Assembly (NCBI GenBank): GCA_002898395.1
Contig: BEHE01000024.1
Location: forward strand, 1-19,386
DNA: 19,386 nucleotides
From: Candidatus Calditenuaceae archaeon HR02
GTDB lineage: Archaea; Thermoproteota; Nitrososphaeria_A; Caldarchaeales; Calditenuaceae
Reading direction: 5' to 3'
The position numbers and the translations under genes are program-made. Position 1 is the first letter of the stretch. Each line of letters opens with the position of its first letter. The notes under the pieces are model-generated. The model did not search any database, was not told where the DNA came from, and saw nothing but the letters and a program-made list of their open reading frames with translations. Shown one piece after another: positions 15,250-19,386 of the stretch.

Positions 15250-16552
15250 GAAGGAGGTCTCGCGGCATCCTGCCGGCGCTACGCTTCAGCGTCTTCATAA
15301 GTCTCCTAGTCTCGTTATACCGTTTGATTAGTTGTTTAACATCTCTTTCAGCCACGCCCGCACCCCTCGCAATCCTTCTAGCTCTTGACGAGTCTATTAT
15401 TGTAGGGTCTCTCCTCTCCTCTGGTGTCATGGAGTTCACCACCGCTTCCCACCTTTTTACCTGCTCCTCCAACTCCTCAACATCTATCGACTTAACCTTG
15501 GGAAGTGGAAGCATAGAGAAGAGTCTGTCAAGAGGCCCCATCTTGGCGACCTCTTTCAGCTGGTTTATCATGTCGGGCAGGGTGAATCGCCCACTCATCA
15601 TCTTCTCCGCCGCGTCCTCAGATATTCTCACCTCTGCGAGCTTCACTCTCTCTACGAGGCCGGCTAGATCAGGCATGCCGAGTAGCCGCGCCAAGTATCT
15701 GTCGGCTGAGAATGTCTCTATGTCCTCGAGATGCTCACCTGTCCCTATGAAGCGGATAGGCGCGCCTGTTGCAGCAACGGCCGAGAGCGCGCCGCCCGCC
15801 CTGGCGGATGTGTCCATCTTCGTGAGCATGACCCAACCAATCTTAGCTACGCGGTTGAACGCCTCAGCCTGGCTCCTCGCCCTCTGACCAATGGTTGCGT
15901 CCAGAACGAGAACAACTTCGTCCGGGCTCAGGGTCTTTAGTATCTCTTCCATCTCCCTCATCAGCGAGTCCTGGTCCTTATGCCTTCCCGCAGTATCGAC
16001 TATTATTATGTCGAGACCCTTCGACTTGAGGTTCTCTATGCCCCGCCTAGCTATCGATGTAGAGTCTGAGGAATCCTCCTCACCATATACGGGGATACCC
16101 TTGTCCTGAAGGAGCTGTTGCAGCTGTATAAGGGCTGCGGGCCTATAGGTGTCTGCGCAGACAACCCCCACCTTATACCCGTGTTTGACCAAGTAGTATG
16201 AGAGCTTGGCGACACTAGTTGTTTTCCCCGACCCCTGTATGCCAACTGTCACCAGCACGTGTGGCTTACCCCGCGGCTTGTAGGGGGGCTGGACACCTCC
16301 CAGAAGTCTCACAAGCTCTTCATAGAGTATCTTGAAGATGTGGTCCCTTCTTGAGACCCCTGGGGGCGGCCTGGACTCGGCTGCTTTCCTCCGGATATTC
16401 TCTGAGAGCTCCATGACCAGCTCAACATTCACGTCTGCAGAGAGCAAGGCCCTCTGAATGTCCCTGATAAGCTCCTCTAGGGCCTCCTTATCGTGTGACG
16501 CCTGACCCATGAAGCGGGAGATCGCCTTCCTGAGCGCCTCACCTACGTCCAT
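15203..16552 (-). CDS. srp54: Signal recognition particle protein SRP54/Ffh
   Basis: LLSADVNV, GIQGSGKTT, DTYRPAA, DTAGRH, TKMD, GGALS, IGTGE, and an M domain with SMTPEER and SRARRIARGAG. Confidence 0.97.
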   Translation of the reverse strand: MDVGEALRKAISRFMGQASHDKEALEELIRDIQRALLSADVNVELVMELSENIRRKAAESRPPPGVSRRDHIFKILYEELVRLLGGVQPPYKPRGKPHVLVTVGIQGSGKTTSVAKLSYYLVKHGYKVGVVCADTYRPAALIQLQQLLQDKGIPVYGEEDSSDSTSIARRGIENLKSKGLDIIIVDTAGRHKDQDSLMREMEEILKTLSPDEVVLVLDATIGQRARSQAEAFNRVAKIGWVMLTKMDTSARAGGALSAVAATGAPIRFIGTGEHLEDIETFSADRYLARLLGMPDLAGLVERVKLAEVRISEDAAEKMMSGRFTLPDMINQLKEVAKMGPLDRLFSMLPLPKVKSIDVEELEEQVKRWEAVVNSMTPEERRDPTIIDSSRARRIARGAGVAERDVKQLIKRYNETRRLMKTLKRSAGRMPRDLLLGLGRKEFERDTLKG

Positions 16553-16680
16553 TCCCTAACCCCCTATCCTACAAACTTAAGCCCCTATCCAGATAATAAA
16601 GCCGAACAACTTACACAGCGCATCCCACTACACCTAAGTAAAAAATGAGGTTTATCTCGGAGCAGATTAATTTGTGAACT

Positions 16681-16747
16681 AGGCGATGATGTAGGACTCA
16701 GTGAGGATAGTCCTTGATGAATTCTCCTGGGGTATCTGAGCCCGCCT
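16681..16747 (+). ncRNA. Box C/D methylation guide sRNA
   Basis: Terminal stem AGGCG 16681-16685/CGCCT 16743-16747; C box ATGATGT 16686-16692; D' GTGA 16701-16704; mini-stem GGA-TAG-TCC; C' TTGATGA 16714-16720; D CTGA 16736-16739. Intergenic, typical length, with TTTATC ~25-30 nt upstream. Confidence 0.85.
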
Positions 16748-16761
16748 CTAGGACCGCTTCA

Positions 16762-17994
16762 CTATCTCGCCTTTACAGGGATCTTCCTCTCTGGCATCGC
16801 TGGCGGTTTGAGCATGAGGTTTGAGACGGCTAGGCCGAGCGCGCTGAGGGCTGCCACAGTCATGAAGACAGGCGAATAGTGTCCCAGTAGTTCCCACAGA
16901 GACGCTGATAATGTAGGGCCGGCTAGAGCCGAGGCTCCGTAGGCTGTGAATACTATCCCATAGTTAACGGACAGGTTTTGAGCACCGAAAAAGAGCGACG
17001 TGGCCTTGGGTGCTAGGGCTAGCCATCCTCCGAAGACGAGCCAGAGAATCGAGTAGGAGATAATGTAGATGGTGAGGGAGCTTGCTTGTGTCGCCAGTAA
17101 GGCCGCCGCGATGGCCAGTAGGAAGGAGATGCTGGACACGACATTTATCTTCACCCTGTCCGCGAGGTATCCGAACAAAGGCCTCCCGAGCCCATTGAAT
17201 ATTGCAAAGACTCCAGTGGCAACAGCAGCCAGCCCGGGGCTTAGCCTAACCACCTCCTGCCCAAACTTAGCCGCCTGGCTTATAGCAATAAATCCCCCCA
17301 GGGTCCCAAGAACATATGCAAGCCAGAGCCCCGCGAAACTCTTTGTCCTAACCATCATGCCCGGCGTGAATTCTCTTATCCCCATTGACTGCTGCAAGCT
17401 ACCCCCCATCTGCCCTCCGCGCGCCTCGAGCCTCGGAAGCACCATCAAGTAGGAGAGGGCGAGAAGGATCAACCCATAGATCCCTCCAAGTATGATGAAT
17501 GAGTTCTTTACACCATGGTAGGCTATCAAATAATTTGCGAGGGGAGCCGTTATGAGGGGTGAGATGCCGAAGCCCAAGACGGTCAGGCCGACTGCCAACC
17601 CTCTCCTCTCAGGGACCCAATAGCTTGAGACGGTGATCGTCGAGTTATAAATCAATGCAACCCCAGACCCTGCCATGACGCCATAAAAGAGGATGACGTA
17701 TAGCAATGGAGATTGTGTCTCTAGAGTAAGCGCGGATAAAATCCAGCCGCCTCCTACTAGCAGCGCGCCTAAGAACACTGCACGCCTAGTGCCATAGGTC
17801 TTTAAGATCCTACCACCCAGCGGCATACAGATCGCAAAGAATAGGAGGAATATTGAGAAGGGAATGCCTGATTCAAAGCTTCCCCAGCCGAGAAGAATCT
17901 CAAGGGGCTTTCGGAAAACGCTCCAGCTGTATATCGTTCCAAGGATCAGGTTGGCACCAAGACCTGCGAAGACATAGATCCACCTATTCACCAT
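16762..17994 (-). CDS. MFS transporter, oxalate:formate antiporter (OFA)/monocarboxylate-like family
   Basis: About 12 hydrophobic segments; LGTIYSWSVFRKPL, WVPERRGLAVGL..LGFG, FNGLGRPLFGYLADR, FFGAQNLSVNYGIVFTAYG are typical OFA-family motifs. Substrate not determinable. Confidence 0.9.
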   Translation of the reverse strand: MVNRWIYVFAGLGANLILGTIYSWSVFRKPLEILLGWGSFESGIPFSIFLLFFAICMPLGGRILKTYGTRRAVFLGALLVGGGWILSALTLETQSPLLYVILFYGVMAGSGVALIYNSTITVSSYWVPERRGLAVGLTVLGFGISPLITAPLANYLIAYHGVKNSFIILGGIYGLILLALSYLMVLPRLEARGGQMGGSLQQSMGIREFTPGMMVRTKSFAGLWLAYVLGTLGGFIAISQAAKFGQEVVRLSPGLAAVATGVFAIFNGLGRPLFGYLADRVKINVVSSISFLLAIAAALLATQASSLTIYIISYSILWLVFGGWLALAPKATSLFFGAQNLSVNYGIVFTAYGASALAGPTLSASLWELLGHYSPVFMTVAALSALGLAVSNLMLKPPAMPERKIPVKAR

Positions 17995-18193
17995 TTGAAA
18001 ACACCGAACAGAGTGTATAATGGTTTATATTTTAACTGTCTTTAAAAAATGCATACTATACTATAACCATGAATAATAAAGAATAAAAATGAATACGAAG
18101 CACTTTTGTAAAATTATGGATGTTTTAAGGCGATAACTCGCTGGTCATAATGGGTGGTCCACCAGCACCCTGCGCCGCTATTCCAGGCCTAAA

Positions 18194-18511
18194 CTATTCC
18201 AGATCCTCTATTTCTGGGTTTATGTATTTCTTCTCACTGTTATTTATCTTTCTTGACCTCCTTCTGAGCTTTGTTCCACAGTATAGGCACTTATCACCTA
18301 TGGGTCTCTCCCAGCTGACCATGCATCTGGGGCAGTAGCCGTCACCAGCCCCATAGTTGGGATGGATGTGTGGTAGTGGATTATCAGCCTTCTCCCCAGG
18401 CCTATACGATATACAAGGTATCCCATCCCCACCAATCCATAAATCGATACGTATGAGCTTCTCCCCGACCAGTAGCTCTGGCTGGAGTAGATATTTCTTG
18501 CTCACAGGCAT
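18194..18511 (-). CDS. Small Zn-ribbon protein (CPRC-x10-CLYC) with a basic tail
   Basis: GYCPRCMVSWERPIGDKCLYCGTKLRRRSRK. Coding status is supported by a homologous decayed copy at 11185-11330. Confidence 0.65.
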   Translation of the reverse strand: MPVSKKYLLQPELLVGEKLIRIDLWIGGDGIPCISYRPGEKADNPLPHIHPNYGAGDGYCPRCMVSWERPIGDKCLYCGTKLRRRSRKINNSEKKYINPEIEDLE

Positions 18512-18559
18512 CCTAAGCCTGAAGCCAGCAGTAACGTCATATCTACAAGTAAAAGTCTT

Positions 18560-19312
18560 CCACTAAAACTGCTAGGGTCTAGCATCTAGCTGTCTATCTC
18601 TGGAGGAGATGTGTTGGGGTTGGAGATGTTGTTATAGGTCCTATGGCCGGGGTAGGGGGTACTCCCCAATACATGTAGGGGGCCTAGATTTATCCCCGCC
18701 ATATCCTGCAGGCTCACAGACAACAACCACCTAATAGTCAACGATGTCGAGCCGACGTATGCTAAGATTGCTGAAGAGCTCTTGGGAGAGATGATTGCCG
18801 TGACAAACCACGGCACACTACTAGACGCCTACAGCATGAATGCGGCATGTCTATATGGGGCTATAAGGCCTAGGGGGCGCCTCAACGGTGAGGGACGCCG
18901 CGTAATAATAACATCGCCGCCATACGGCCTGCTGGTGAACAGCGGGTTCAGGCCAAGGCTTGAGAAACTAGTCATTACTAGTGGTGGGAATCTTGTATTG
19001 ATGATTGGGAGACATCTAAGGGCGGCGTGGCTAGGGATACTGGCCTCGATGTACCTATGTCTAAGCAGAAGCAACAATAACAGAGACATCTGCGTGATAG
19101 TCCTAAAGAACTTCAGGAATAACAAGCTACACAAGATCTCGAGAGACCTAGTAAGCCTGACAATAGAGCTGGCAGAGATTGTAGGGTTTAAACACGTAGA
19201 GACATTGAAGTTCAGACTATCAAACACCGGCCTAGCCAGATACCATACAGTAAAGGGACACAGCCACGACCTATGGCACGAATACGTCCTAGCATTCAGA
19301 AAGGTGGTGTAG
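18560..19312 (+). pseudogene. Disrupted DNA amino-methyltransferase (SPPY type, N4-C/N6-A family)
   Basis: Frame 1 (18595-18666): YLWRRCVGVGDVVIGPMAGVGGT, a degenerate motif I (GDxVLDPxAGxGTT). After a +1 shift near CCCC 18664-18667, frame 2 gives IVNDVEPTYAKIAEE (motif II-like), VIITSPPYG (motif IV), VIVLKNF, TIELAEIVGF and HEYVLAFRK. In-frame stops at 18580-18582 and 18676-18678. Confidence 0.75.
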
Positions 19313-19313
19313 A

Positions 19314-19386
19314 ATGAGTGGTAGGGGCGAGGAAATAGTGGGGAAGAGAAGGGGAAGTTATCGTCCCAGAGAGCTGAGGATAAGGA
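19314..19386 (+). CDS. Possible start of a downstream ORF (MSGRGEEIVGKRRGSYRPRELRIR...), truncated by the window edge
   Basis: ATG 1 nt after the methyltransferase stop, open to the window end; too short to assign. Confidence 0.3.
   Translation, partial: MSGRGEEIVGKRRGSYRPRELRIR

Noticed and set aside
18140-18170. Overlapping short complements GCTGGT/ACCAGC and GGGTG/CACCC (pseudoknot-like)
   Set aside because: Only 5-6 bp each; plausible by chance in GC-rich sequence and without supporting context.
1-19386. CRISPR array, tRNA/rRNA genes, transposase, integrase or reverse transcriptase
   Set aside because: No regularly spaced repeats, tRNA T-loop signatures, rRNA-like tracts or such ORFs were seen.

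Overview
Archaeal genomic DNA. The gene set and order suggest a thermophilic TACK lineage such as Caldarchaeales/Nitrososphaerota (inference). Left: the 5' end of an AMP-forming acetyl-CoA synthetase, then pth2 and a GHMP-type shikimate kinase, divergent from a tightly overlapping aromatic amino acid operon (asd, aroA', aroB', aroD, aroE, aroA, aroC, chorismate mutase-aminotransferase fusion) that uses the alternative aspartate-semialdehyde/DKFP entry route. Most striking: between the TATA box and asd lies an unannotated 29-codon leader ORF (MSRGRGVGRSNSTPQTGTTTYAYFFGPTA) with a Thr-Thr-Thr-Tyr-Ala-Tyr-Phe-Phe run inside a strongly folded RNA with mutually exclusive pairings, a candidate archaeal ribosome-mediated attenuator. 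Middle: an orphan MalK-type ATPase, a decayed Zn-ribbon gene copy, an unexplained ~180-nt rod-like structured RNA candidate, and the conserved srp54-pus10-rpl21e-rpo4-DUF655-rsmA cluster. Right: a box C/D sRNA, an OFA-family MFS transporter, a Zn-ribbon gene and a frameshifted DNA methyltransferase remnant. All calls were made by eye; no folding or database searches were run.
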